Below, in pieces: positions 8,071 through 17,559 of a stretch of 25,754 bases of DNA (the first letter of the stretch is position 1; every line of letters starts with the position of its first letter). Origin of the DNA: an uncultured Nitrospinaceae bacterium (GTDB taxonomy: Bacteria > UBA8248). A model generated the notes under the pieces. That model searched no databases and was not told the origin of the DNA. It was given only the letters and a program-made list of their open reading frames with translations. The translations under genes and the position numbers were made by a program. The stretch is taken from assembly GCA_964005815.1 (NCBI GenBank), contig CAXFSR010000042.1, positions 1 through 25,754 of the forward strand, given 5' to 3'.

Positions 8071-9327
8071 TTACTGTGGCCTTGAGCCCATAGGACCCAT
8101 AGGGAATCTATCGCATAACTCTCTTACATCATCGCGTATAGAAGATAATTTTCCTTCATTTTCTATATCGTCTAAGACATCAGATATCCAATTTCCAATA
8201 AGTTTTAATTCATTTTCTTTCATATTTCTCGAGGTAATAGCTGCAGTCCCAATTCTAACACCACTCGTAAATGCAGGCTTCCTAGTATCATATGGGATAG
8301 AATTTTTATTCACTGTGATGCCTGCTTTTCCTAAGGCAATTTCAGCTTTTTTGCCACTGAATCCAGCTTCTCTTAAATCCAATAAAATTAAATGATTATC
8401 GGTACCATCAGAAACTAGATTCAGACCTTTTTCAGATAAAACTGTTGCAAGTTTTTTAGAATTCTTCACTATTTGCGAAGCATAATTTTTAAATTCGTCA
8501 GTGGCGGCTTCTTTAAAAGCAACTGCTTTTCCCGCTATAACATGCATTAATGGACCACCTTGCATACCTGGGAAAATTGCCTTATCAATTTTTGATGCAT
8601 ATTCTTCATCACACATAACCATTCCGCCTCTGGGTCCTCTTAATGTTTTATGAGTTGTGGTCGTTATTATTTGTGCATGGCCAACAGGAGAGGGATGATC
8701 TCCACTTACTATCAAACCTGCGATATGTGCAATATCCGCCATCAAAATTGCACCGACTTTATCCGCAATTTCACGAAATTGAGCATAATCAATCTCTCTG
8801 GGGTACGCACTTGCACCAGCAACAATTATCTTCGGAGAACATTTTATTGCCTGAGCCTCAACATCATTAAAATCTATAAGATGATTTTCTGGATCAACAC
8901 CATAACTTCCAACTTCGAACCATCTTCCAGAAAATGTAACCGGATGACCATGCGTAAGGTGACCTCCATGAGACAGGTTCATCCCTAGAATTGTATCTCC
9001 AGGTTCTAACAAACCAAAATAAACCGCTGCATTCGCTTGTGCACCACTATGAGGTTGAACACAAGCATGATCTGCTCGAAATATTTTCTTCGCCCTTTCG
9101 ATAGCAAGTGTTTCCGCAACATCAACAAATTCACAACCACCATAATACCGTTTTCCAGGCAAACCCTCTGCGTATTTATTAGTCATGACACCACCAACCG
9201 CCTCCATTACAGACAAACTAACATAGTTTTCAGAAGCAATTAGTTCGAGTTCATCCGCCTGTCTATTTCTTTCATCCTCTAAAGACTTATATAAATCTGG
9301 GTCTGTCTGCGATAACACCGAAGCCAT
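8071..9327 (-). CDS. glyA: Serine hydroxymethyltransferase
   Basis: [43 protein letters not shown]-lysine motif [25 protein letters not shown] ribosome-binding site. Confidence 0.99.
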   Translation of the reverse strand: MASVLSQTDPDLYKSLEDERNRQADELELIASENYVSLSVMEAVGGVMTNKYAEGLPGKRYYGGCEFVDVAETLAIERAKKIFRADHACVQPHSGAQANAAVYFGLLEPGDTILGMNLSHGGHLTHGHPVTFSGRWFEVGSYGVDPENHLIDFNDVEAQAIKCSPKIIVAGASAYPREIDYAQFREIADKVGAILMADIAHIAGLIVSGDHPSPVGHAQIITTTTHKTLRGPRGGMVMCDEEYASKIDKAIFPGMQGGPLMHVIAGKAVAFKEAATDEFKNYASQIVKNSKKLATVLSEKGLNLVSDGTDNHLILLDLREAGFSGKKAEIALGKAGITVNKNSIPYDTRKPAFTSGVRIGTAAITSRNMKENELKLIGNWISDVLDDIENEGKLSSIRDDVRELCDRFPMGPMGSRPQ

Positions 9328-9346
9328 TCAAAAACCTCCAAAAAAA

Positions 9347-9673
9347 TTATCCGCCTAAATATTGTCCCATTAACATAATCAAATCACCATCCTTAACTTT
9401 ACTATTTAAATCGTGTTCTATTCCCAACAATGCATCGTTAACTACAATTTCTATATGTTCGGCCAGTTCGGAAGACCCTCTATCCCATAATGCATCATCT
9501 AGCGCCTTATAGCGGGTACTTAAACCCTTTAATACAGAAAAAACCGTAGAACCTTCTTTAATATGCTCTTCAAAGACCTTACGACTACTTCCGTCTCCTC
9601 CGACAAAAGTATTAGCCCAAGCTACTAGTTCAACTTTTACCCTAGCTTCTTTTACTGATGAGTCAGATGTCAT
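9347..9673 (-). CDS. MoaD/ThiS family ubiquitin-like sulfur carrier
   Basis: Beta-grasp pattern (IEIVVND...VKDGDLIML) and a C-terminal GG. The ATG at 9673 is preferred because it avoids overlap with the AOR gene. Confidence 0.88.
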   Translation of the reverse strand: MTSDSSVKEARVKVELVAWANTFVGGDGSSRKVFEEHIKEGSTVFSVLKGLSTRYKALDDALWDRGSSELAEHIEIVVNDALLGIEHDLNSKVKDGDLIMLMGQYLGG

Positions 9674-9689
9674 CGGAAAAATCTCAAGA

Positions 9690-11576
9690 TTAGACTTTAT
9701 CTTTATTAGTATTCCACACAGCCTCAACTATTTCTTCTAGTTCTAGAGACTTCAAAGTATCTGGAGTCGGGCGACCCGTTGTCCTATCATAACCAACAGT
9801 TTCATACCAAATATCGAGCATTTCGTCCCAATTATCCATTATGGAAACACCAGAAATAGGTCCGTCAATCGGAGTAGAGCCATAGCGTTTTGAAGGTTTC
9901 TCTAACTCCGGTCCAATTCCACAACGTAAATTAAAAGCTCTCATGAGTGCGGCTGTTCTTCTTCCGGAAAGCATAGCTTCATCAATACGAATATCCCATC
10001 CGGTTGCTGATTCAAGTGAACGACATAACATCTCCAAAGGAACCCTGGTAGTGAAAACACACGCTCCCAAAGAATCTTCAAAATGACGTCTTCCCCTTAA
10101 AGCTCCTACCTGTTTTGAAACAGCCTTTGGATCCTGAGGACGTATACTGGCAGGAAGACCATGTTCGGTAGGAAAAACTGGTGGAGCCGTATCCATAGTT
10201 CCCCCACTTCCAGTACAAGTATCAAGGAGCTCTTCCCATCTAGATCGATGATCATGACCTCTTGGAGAATTTCCTGCCATTGTATAAATTGCGCAGTTCG
10301 CTGCTTCTCCACCTATTTCTTCGGACGCTCTTTTCACTCCTTCAGCTAGGAGATCTCCAAAACCTTCCCTTTTAGAAATCAATTCTAACAAACGAGCTGC
10401 TCCGGATACATCACCCCATTCTAGATGAAAACCTAATTGTTCTTCGCTGATAAAACCCTTCTCTTGACATTCCATCACCCATCCACAAAGCCAGCCAAAT
10501 TCATTCACATCAACACAAGCTCGATCAAGTTGAGTATTCAACCAAGTCACTTCTTGTGGATCCGTTGCTCCAATAGCCCAACCTGCTCCAGACCACCCTT
10601 CATACTCTGGTTCATCAACAACTTGCCCTTTGTAACGACCAGATGAAATAACTTGCATATGACAATGTTTCATGCCACATGAATTACACTGATGCCCACG
10701 GTGATCAAATCCTTCCCTCAATCCTTTTGCTTCCCATATATCTGTATCTACACCATCTGGCCAAACATTTGTGGTGTAATTCTTTATGGGTAGTGCACCC
10801 ATTCCAACCATATTACGGACGCCACCTAAAGTGCCATATTCATACAAAGATTTAGTTGAAGGATCATTTTGCAAGCTATGCGCCATCTCCTCCGAGCAAG
10901 AAAAAAGTGCTTGTGGGAAAGCAACCTTAATGCCTTTTTTCCCTCTTTCTATTGCAACCGCTTTTACTTTTTTCTTTCCCATCACGGCGCCACAACCATT
11001 CTTGCTAGCTACATGTCCATAATCACCTTGTATTGCAGCAAAACGAACTAAATTTTCACCCGCGGGACCTATGCTATATACGCTTAAATTGTGTCCATTT
11101 AAATTCAATTCTTTTTCGAGTGTTTCTTGAGTCTCCCAAGTATCCTTGCCAATAAGATTCTTTGCACTTTTAATATCCACACCGTCTTCATGTATATGTA
11201 AATAAACCCATTCTTCTGACTGACCCTGAAAAATCACTGCATCGTAACCACAATACTTTATATTTGCACCAAAAAAACCATTCGCCTGAGTATTAGTAGA
11301 TCCATTTGTCATTGCACCTCTCGTAACGACCGTCAAGCCACCAGTTCCCCATACAGGCAGCCCTGCCAAAGGCCCTGTTGCTAAAACAAGCCTATTATCA
11401 GGATCATCCCAATTAACTTCACTTGGAACTTCTTCCCATAAAATTTTCGCCCCAAGACCAGCACCTCCAATCCACTTACGACGATCGGCCTCACTGAACT
11501 CTTCTTTAGAAATTAAGCCAGATGAAAGCTCTACTCTCAAAATGTTTCCCGCGTAAGAAAAAGGTGAATTCGACAA
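9690..11576 (-). CDS. Aldehyde:ferredoxin oxidoreductase family (W-bis-pterin) catalytic subunit
   Basis: 628 aa. YAGNILRVELS, WIGG.G, GPLAG, GYDAVIF.G, IGPAGENLVRFA, GAVMGKK.VKAV, YGT, LPIKNY, CNSC...C, EPEYE, REGFGDLLAEG and DSLGAC. TTG start after AAGGA. Confidence 0.95.
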   Translation of the reverse strand: MSNSPFSYAGNILRVELSSGLISKEEFSEADRRKWIGGAGLGAKILWEEVPSEVNWDDPDNRLVLATGPLAGLPVWGTGGLTVVTRGAMTNGSTNTQANGFFGANIKYCGYDAVIFQGQSEEWVYLHIHEDGVDIKSAKNLIGKDTWETQETLEKELNLNGHNLSVYSIGPAGENLVRFAAIQGDYGHVASKNGCGAVMGKKKVKAVAIERGKKGIKVAFPQALFSCSEEMAHSLQNDPSTKSLYEYGTLGGVRNMVGMGALPIKNYTTNVWPDGVDTDIWEAKGLREGFDHRGHQCNSCGMKHCHMQVISSGRYKGQVVDEPEYEGWSGAGWAIGATDPQEVTWLNTQLDRACVDVNEFGWLCGWVMECQEKGFISEEQLGFHLEWGDVSGAARLLELISKREGFGDLLAEGVKRASEEIGGEAANCAIYTMAGNSPRGHDHRSRWEELLDTCTGSGGTMDTAPPVFPTEHGLPASIRPQDPKAVSKQVGALRGRRHFEDSLGACVFTTRVPLEMLCRSLESATGWDIRIDEAMLSGRRTAALMRAFNLRCGIGPELEKPSKRYGSTPIDGPISGVSIMDNWDEMLDIWYETVGYDRTTGRPTPDTLKSLELEEIVEAVWNTNKDKV

Positions 11577-11591
11577 AACTAAATCCTTTTT

Positions 11592-12914
11592 TTAAGATGA
11601 GACTGAAATATTTTTTTCAGGAATCGAGGGACTACCTACCAAAGTTTCAGGTAGAAGTTTTCCCACAGAACCAGACGCTAAAAACGCACGTTTAATATCA
11701 AATGGATTCCTGCTTATATGTTCTTTCCATTCAACAAGTTCGCTTTTTGTATAAATTAACCCTTTCAGCATCCCAATATCGTTGGTGTGCCATATATCAT
11801 CACCCAAACCAATTGCAATAGCTCCTATCATATGGCCATGATCGAAAACCATTTTTCTATAGGATGGCCTAACAGGATTTTTCTTTATTATTTTATCAGA
11901 CCCCTCTTCATTCCAAGATCCAAAACTTGCTATCTCTAAACCAAAAACATCTAAAATATTCATTAACAAACTTCCTTTGTATTGTATTTCTTTTCCTAAC
12001 ATATTCGATGCAGCAATCCTTCCGTGCTGCACTGCGGTAGGCTCAATAGCGTGTATCTCTCTTTCACCTGTCACTATATTTAAACCTTTTGCAACATCTC
12101 CAGCAGCATATACATTTGCAATATTCGTACGACAAAAATCATCAATAGGGATCCCGTCATCTAAGACAACATCAGAACCTGAAAGCCAATCAATATTAGG
12201 CTTTATTCCCGTAGCCATAATAACTAAGTCAGTTTTCAAGTCCGTGCCATCGTCAAATTTTATAATTTTTTCATTTTCAAAATCATCTATTGAAGAAACT
12301 CTACAGTCTGTCTTTACATCAACCCCTTTTGACACTATCCAATTATTGACTATATCCGCGCCTTCATCATCTAACATTCTCGGCAGAATACGTTTCTCTA
12401 CCTCAACTACAGTCAAATCTACACCTCTACTAACCAGAGCATTAAGAATAGTAAAAGAAATAAAACCAGCTCCAATCATGGTTACACGTGTATTTTTTTT
12501 AATCTTACTTGTTACAGCACGCGCTTGAGGCAACGTCCAAAAGCTATGTACATTTTGACCATCTGAACCTGGGATTGCAGGTTTAACAGGAGAGGACCCT
12601 GTTGCAATCAAAAGATTGTCATATTCAATTCCTTCTTCATCATCCAAAATAATCTTGCTATTTTTTGTGTCTAATCCTTTAACGTCCTTCCCAAGTTTTA
12701 ATTCAATATTTAAATCTTCTAATCTTGTCTTTGATGCTGTAAAAACGTGGGATTCGCCAATTTCCTTAGAAAGATAATATGGCAAAACCATTCTGGAATA
12801 AGGAGATTCATTAGAGACAAGTACAATACTTGAATTGCCAAGATCCGATTCCCTTATAGTTGTAATTGCATTCCATCCGGCAGTTCCACCACCAACGATA
12901 ACGTGTCGAGCCAT
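11592..12914 (-). CDS. FAD/NAD(H)-dependent oxidoreductase, AOR-associated (AorC-like)
   Basis: FAD motif VGGGTAG, PYSRMVLPY, LLIATGS, NAD motif IGAGFIS followed by an acidic residue (VVE), ATGIKPN, and TNIANVYAAGD. Confidence 0.9.
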   Translation of the reverse strand: MARHVIVGGGTAGWNAITTIRESDLGNSSIVLVSNESPYSRMVLPYYLSKEIGESHVFTASKTRLEDLNIELKLGKDVKGLDTKNSKIILDDEEGIEYDNLLIATGSSPVKPAIPGSDGQNVHSFWTLPQARAVTSKIKKNTRVTMIGAGFISFTILNALVSRGVDLTVVEVEKRILPRMLDDEGADIVNNWIVSKGVDVKTDCRVSSIDDFENEKIIKFDDGTDLKTDLVIMATGIKPNIDWLSGSDVVLDDGIPIDDFCRTNIANVYAAGDVAKGLNIVTGEREIHAIEPTAVQHGRIAASNMLGKEIQYKGSLLMNILDVFGLEIASFGSWNEEGSDKIIKKNPVRPSYRKMVFDHGHMIGAIAIGLGDDIWHTNDIGMLKGLIYTKSELVEWKEHISRNPFDIKRAFLASGSVGKLLPETLVGSPSIPEKNISVSS

Positions 12915-12916
12915 GA

Positions 12917-13402
12917 TTAACCTACCTCTAAAGAAAGAGGACCACTAGGACCTCTTGAACGTTCACTTGCAAAACTTCCAATCCAATCTAAATTTTTTTC
13001 AACCTCTACATATTCAATAGCACCGGTAGGACAAACTGTTTGACAAGCAGGATTTCCGCCACATAAATCACATTTAAATGCCTTATGAGTTTCTGGATCG
13101 AAGAAAATAGTCCCGTAAGGACAGGCTATCGTACAAAGTTTGCAACCTACACACAAATCATCCTTTATTTCTTTCGCTCCAGGGGAAGATATAGAAATTG
13201 CCTCTATAGGACATGCAGTCATACACCACGCCTCATCACATTGCGGGCAGGTGTATGGAGCATAACTCGTATGATTTTCAAATGCGGATACTCTAATTAC
13301 TGATTTAGAAGGTCTAAATGTTCCTGTTTGTTCATAAGAACAAGCTAGTTCACAACGCATACACCCTGTACATTTTTCAGGAATCATTTTTAAGATCTTC
13401 AT
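12917..13402 (-). CDS. 4x[4Fe-4S] electron-transfer subunit (AorA/DmsB-like)
   Basis: 16 Cys in four groups: CTGCMRCELAC, CPQCDEAWCMTACP, CVGCKLCTIACP and CDLCGGNPACQTVCP. GGAG ribosome-binding site. Confidence 0.95.
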   Translation of the reverse strand: MKILKMIPEKCTGCMRCELACSYEQTGTFRPSKSVIRVSAFENHTSYAPYTCPQCDEAWCMTACPIEAISISSPGAKEIKDDLCVGCKLCTIACPYGTIFFDPETHKAFKCDLCGGNPACQTVCPTGAIEYVEVEKNLDWIGSFASERSRGPSGPLSLEVG

Positions 13403-13437
13403 AAAATCTCCAAGATGGAATTTAACTAAACATTATG

Positions 13438-13466
13438 ATTATAGAAAATAGGGGGAAACATTTCAA
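13438..13466 (-). promoter_or_regulatory. Sigma70-type promoter for the AOR operon
   Basis: Minus strand reads TTGAAA (13466-13461), a 17-bp spacer, then TATAAT (13443-13438), 35 bp upstream of the Fe-S subunit ATG. Confidence 0.75.
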
Positions 13467-13513
13467 ACATTTTACAACAATGAAAGATTTAGTTTTTCTC
13501 TGCCACAAGATTT

Positions 13514-14425
13514 TTAACTTCCCGAACTAACCAAAAGAGCACCTGCAATTGATATAATACCACCTAAAATCACCTGAAAAGACAAACGTTCAATTTTCTT
13601 AAAGAAAAACCATGAAACGAGAATTACAAAAACTAAAGAAAGTCTTCTAATAGGAACTACTTCAACAATATCACCATTTTTAATTGCAGTCCAAAAAGTC
13701 AATCCTGTCATTACATTAAATAAACCTGCTATTAACATCGTAGATATTGCTTTTTTGTTCCAAGAAAAACTTACAAAGTTTCCTTTATCTTTACTCAAAA
13801 AAAGTGAAATAAAACATTGAAGAACTACAGCAGCACATGACGCTATTGCCAGTCCTAAAGAAGCACAAGGGATATAATGAAAAGCTAATTTTCTGAAAGT
13901 AGGAGAAAAAGAAAAAAACATCGCGCTTATAACCGGCAGAAAATAAAAAAACAATTTGGCAACTTTATTTTTACTTTTTGCCTCATAAACCAAAATCATA
14001 CCACCTAAAACGACAAGAATTGTTCCAATAGCAATAGAGGTATTAAGTTTTTCTCCAATGAAGATTATAGCTACCATGGAAGACCATATAGGAGCTGTTT
14101 GATAAAGGGTTTGGGTTCTAGCAAGCCCAATGTTGAAATACGAAATATTATTAAAATGTCGAGCTACAAACTGGGCAAAAAAACCAGATAATGCAAAGAA
14201 AAAAACACCCTCTATAGACAATTCAAAGTATCTCCCTTCCAATAAGTAAACAGCAAATGCAAGACAACCCACAACAAAATTTGCGGCAATAGTAACCTCT
14301 TCAGGTCTTAAAAAACGAACAGCTTGCCTATAGAAACTCTGCGCTACAGATAATAACATTGCAGAAATAAGAGCTAAAAGATTCGGGTGTATCAAATCTA
14401 ACAAAGGGAACCTTTCTATTTTCAA
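13514..14425 (-). CDS. EamA/DMT family transporter
   Basis: About 10 hydrophobic segments in two repeats (AIIFIGEKL and FFFKKIERL repeat ends). Its TTG start overlaps the upstream TGA. Exact start uncertain. Confidence 0.88.
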   Translation of the reverse strand: MKIERFPLLDLIHPNLLALISAMLLSVAQSFYRQAVRFLRPEEVTIAANFVVGCLAFAVYLLEGRYFELSIEGVFFFALSGFFAQFVARHFNNISYFNIGLARTQTLYQTAPIWSSMVAIIFIGEKLNTSIAIGTILVVLGGMILVYEAKSKNKVAKLFFYFLPVISAMFFSFSPTFRKLAFHYIPCASLGLAIASCAAVVLQCFISLFLSKDKGNFVSFSWNKKAISTMLIAGLFNVMTGLTFWTAIKNGDIVEVVPIRRLSLVFVILVSWFFFKKIERLSFQVILGGIISIAGALLVSSGS

Positions 14426-15279
14426 AAGGAAAGAATAGAAACCGCAAAAACAGCAAACAAAATTCCTAACCCTTTTTTGAGAGTCAGTCGCTCTTTAAAA
14501 AAAAGAATAGATAAAATCGCTGTGAACACAAAGCTTAATTGGACTATTGGCGTTATGACGATAGCTTCACCATACAACAATGCAAATGAAAGTGAAAGGT
14601 AACTAGCAAAAGTCAATATTCCACATACGAATGGGATTATAAGTGCTAATCTTTTTTTAGGAAGTTTTTCCCGACGTATAAAGACATATGGAATAGTTAA
14701 TGTAAAAACTCCAAAAGTTTGAGCAGCTATCATACCAGAAGGAAAAGCACCAAAACGCAAACTTAATTTAATAAAGAATCCTATTAAACCAAACAAACAC
14801 ATAGATAAGAACGCATAAAAAAAAGATTTCTTTTCCTCCGGAAGAATAAACCTATCGAATCCAATGCTTAAAATTGAAATAACACTCAAGAAAATTGCAA
14901 GTGCTTTATAAATAGTTAAATGCTCACTTAAAAACGTTATCGCTAAAATTGAGGTAATAATAAAGTTAAGCCTTATAATAGTTACTACTGAAATTGCTCC
15001 TGTTTCTTTTAGAGAAAACAAAACAAATAGAAATGCCAAAAAAGCCATGAAGCCATTCACTAAACCTAATATTAGAAAATCATTCCAAATCAATTCTTCT
15101 CTAAAAAATGCTACAGCAAAAGCAACTGGCAAAAAGGAAAAATTTTGAAACAGCATAAACGTTGAAGGTTTGACATCCCACTTGTGTGATAACTTATATA
15201 AAAAATCACTACACCCAAGAGAGAACAATGAAAAAAGCGCAAAAAAGATCGCTGGGTCCAAGTTATTCTCCGATAGCAA
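14422..15279 (-). CDS. EamA/DMT family transporter
   Basis: Two EamA repeats (AITFLSEHLT and ILFFKERLT..K.LGI). The true start may be the TTG at 15261, which has GGAG upstream. Confidence 0.9.
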   Translation of the reverse strand: MLSENNLDPAIFFALFSLFSLGCSDFLYKLSHKWDVKPSTFMLFQNFSFLPVAFAVAFFREELIWNDFLILGLVNGFMAFLAFLFVLFSLKETGAISVVTIIRLNFIITSILAITFLSEHLTIYKALAIFLSVISILSIGFDRFILPEEKKSFFYAFLSMCLFGLIGFFIKLSLRFGAFPSGMIAAQTFGVFTLTIPYVFIRREKLPKKRLALIIPFVCGILTFASYLSLSFALLYGEAIVITPIVQLSFVFTAILSILFFKERLTLKKGLGILFAVFAVSILSF

Positions 15280-15414
15280 ACAAAAAAAATAGGAACAAAT
15301 TCACTAGAAAATAATTCACTATTGATATAAAACAACCTAGGAGTTAAGAAAATTTAATATGCTATATTGCTTGATAATACTAGATTAAACAATAAATTAA
15401 TCCTAGGAGTGTAA

Positions 15415-16416
15415 ATGCAAAAAGCATTAATAACTGGAATTACTGGTCAGGATGGCGCATACCTAGCTAAGTCTCTTTTAGAAAAGGGAATTAAGGTATT
15501 CGGTGGTCAGAGAAGAAGTACCACTTTAAGGTACTGGAGATTAGACGAGATGGGAATTACAAAAGATATAGAATTCGTCGAATTAGATCTTTTAGATCAT
15601 GCCAATATTAGGAGAGCCGTCGAAAAAGTAGAACCTGATTATGTTTATAATCTTGCTGCACAATCTTTCGTAGCTTTGTCTTTTGAACAACCTGAATTAA
15701 CAACACTTATAGATGCTATGGGGGTTTTAAGATGTTTAGAAGCTATCAAACAAGTAAATCCTAAAATTAAATTTTACCAAGCTTCATCATCTGAACAATT
15801 TGGGAACGTACAAGAAACTCCCCAAAATGAGAAAACGAAATTTTGGCCAAGATCTCCTTATGCGTGTGCAAAAGTGTTTGGTCATAATATAACGGTAAAT
15901 TATAGAGAATCATACGATATGTTTGCTTGTTGTGGAATTCTATTTAACCATGAGTCTCCTCATAGAGGAGAAGAATTTGTAACAAGAAAAATATCAAAAG
16001 GAATAGCATCATGGTTGATTAATCACGAACCAATTGTTCTCGGAAACTTAGAGGCTAAAAGAGATTGGGGTCACGCAGAGGATTTCGTCGAGGGTATGCA
16101 ATTAATGATGAACCACGAAAAACCAGACGATTATGTCTTAGCAACTGGAGAGGTATACTCGATTAAAGATTTTGTAAATCTAGCATTAGAATCTCAAAAT
16201 ATTAATTTTTTTTGGGAAAAGGACAATTGTTTTTCTGAAAACAAAAAATTAATTATTACAACTGACAAAAAGTTTTTTCGACCTGCAGAGGTCAATCTAC
16301 TACAAGGAGATTCTAGCAAGGCGAGGGAAAAGTTAGGTTGGCAACCAAAACATACTCTTAAAACTTTAGTAAAAGAAATGGTAGAAAAAGATATACGTAG
16401 GCTTTCTGAAGTATGA
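15415..16416 (+). CDS. gmd: GDP-mannose 4,6-dehydratase
   Basis: ALITGITGQDGAYL, YNLAAQSFV..SF, FYQASSSE, PRSPYACAK, GILFNHESP.RG..FVTRKI, LGNL.A.RDWG and RPAEV..L.GD. AGGAG ribosome-binding site. Confidence 0.97.
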   Translation: MQKALITGITGQDGAYLAKSLLEKGIKVFGGQRRSTTLRYWRLDEMGITKDIEFVELDLLDHANIRRAVEKVEPDYVYNLAAQSFVALSFEQPELTTLIDAMGVLRCLEAIKQVNPKIKFYQASSSEQFGNVQETPQNEKTKFWPRSPYACAKVFGHNITVNYRESYDMFACCGILFNHESPHRGEEFVTRKISKGIASWLINHEPIVLGNLEAKRDWGHAEDFVEGMQLMMNHEKPDDYVLATGEVYSIKDFVNLALESQNINFFWEKDNCFSENKKLIITTDKKFFRPAEVNLLQGDSSKAREKLGWQPKHTLKTLVKEMVEKDIRRLSEV

Positions 16417-16428
16417 TCCTAGATAAAT

Positions 16429-17559
16429 TTATCCTCTAAGAAGTTCTCTTTTTTCCAATTCCTGATTTGCAAGTAAAGAATTGTCTTCATTATCTTCTTC
16501 TTCAGACCATTTATAAAGTTCTTCCAATCCATCTTGAAGAGTAACATTACATTTAAATCCTAATTTTGAAATTTTAGTTGAGTCAGAGAAACAATGCCTT
16601 ATATCTCCAACTCTAAATTTTCCAATGACTTTTGGTTTAAGTTCAGTTCCTGAAATTTTAATCAATAGTCGAGACAAATCTAAAATTGTTGTTTTTTCGC
16701 CACTACCAATATTGAATATTTCACAATCAATGTCATTTTTTTTAAGTAAAAGTAAAATTGCATTCACAACATCCAGAACATTTATAAAGTCTCTTGTTTG
16801 AAGTCCATCTTCATAAATCATGGGACTTTTTCCGTTTTTAATTTGACTAATAAAAATAGAAGCAACCCCAGTATATGGGTTTAATAAACTTTGACCTTTT
16901 CCATAAACGGTAAAAAAACGACAAACAACTGTTGGAATCTGATAAATTTTTCCGAAATTCAAACAGTATTCCTCTTGATGTTTCTTATTGAGAGCATAAA
17001 TATTATTTGATAGTGATGGATAAGACTCAGGCGTAGGAGCAGGTTCTAAGATCTCTTGATTATGCGGATTATAGTTGAAAAAATTTCCTTTTAATAACGT
17101 CTTCTCATCCCTTATTGCAGTTTGTATTTTTTCCCCACTAGTCGGAGAAATTGAAAGGCCTTCTCCATAAACACTCATTGAACTAGCTAAAATTAATTTT
17201 TTAATTTTCTTTTTTCTCTTCTGTATAGCATCTAAGAGCATAGCCGTGCCCAAAACATTGGTTTTAGTATATCTATCTATTTGATATTGTGACTGACCTA
17301 TTCCTACAAGAGAAGCAAGATGAATGACTGCATCTACATCTTTGAGGGATTCTTCTATTTTCTGCTTATCCGTAATATCTCCTAGAATAAACTCAACACC
17401 ATCAGGTAAATTTTTTGGTATATTAGTCTGCCCATGAACTTGTGGCTCTAAATTATCCAAAACCTTTACAATGATGTTTTCTTTTAAGAGAAATTTACAC
17501 AAATGCGTTCCTATAAATCCTGCACCACCAGTAATAAGAATTTTTGACACGGATTGCAT
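16429..17559 (-). CDS. NAD-dependent nucleotide-sugar epimerase/dehydratase (extended SDR, WbiB-like subfamily)
   Basis: TGGAGFIG, DNLEPQVHG, HLAS.VGIGQS.Y, SSMSVYGEG followed by an insert, YALNK (YxxxK), NPYTGV and RVGDIRHC. Confidence 0.9.
   Translation of the reverse strand: MQSVSKILITGGAGFIGTHLCKFLLKENIIVKVLDNLEPQVHGQTNIPKNLPDGVEFILGDITDKQKIEESLKDVDAVIHLASLVGIGQSQYQIDRYTKTNVLGTAMLLDAIQKRKKKIKKLILASSMSVYGEGLSISPTSGEKIQTAIRDEKTLLKGNFFNYNPHNQEILEPAPTPESYPSLSNNIYALNKKHQEEYCLNFGKIYQIPTVVCRFFTVYGKGQSLLNPYTGVASIFISQIKNGKSPMIYEDGLQTRDFINVLDVVNAILLLLKKNDIDCEIFNIGSGEKTTILDLSRLLIKISGTELKPKVIGKFRVGDIRHCFSDSTKISKLGFKCNVTLQDGLEELYKWSEEEDNEDNSLLANQELEKRELLRG

Noticed and set aside
11592..12914. Nitrite reductase NirB
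   Set aside because: Only the FAD/NAD domains are present, with no Fe-S or siroheme domains. Its position between AOR subunits indicates an AorC-like role.
15359..15388. 9-codon ORF (MLYCLIILD) upstream of gmd as a leader peptide
   Set aside because: Too short, too far from the upstream AGGAG, and there is no attenuator structure.
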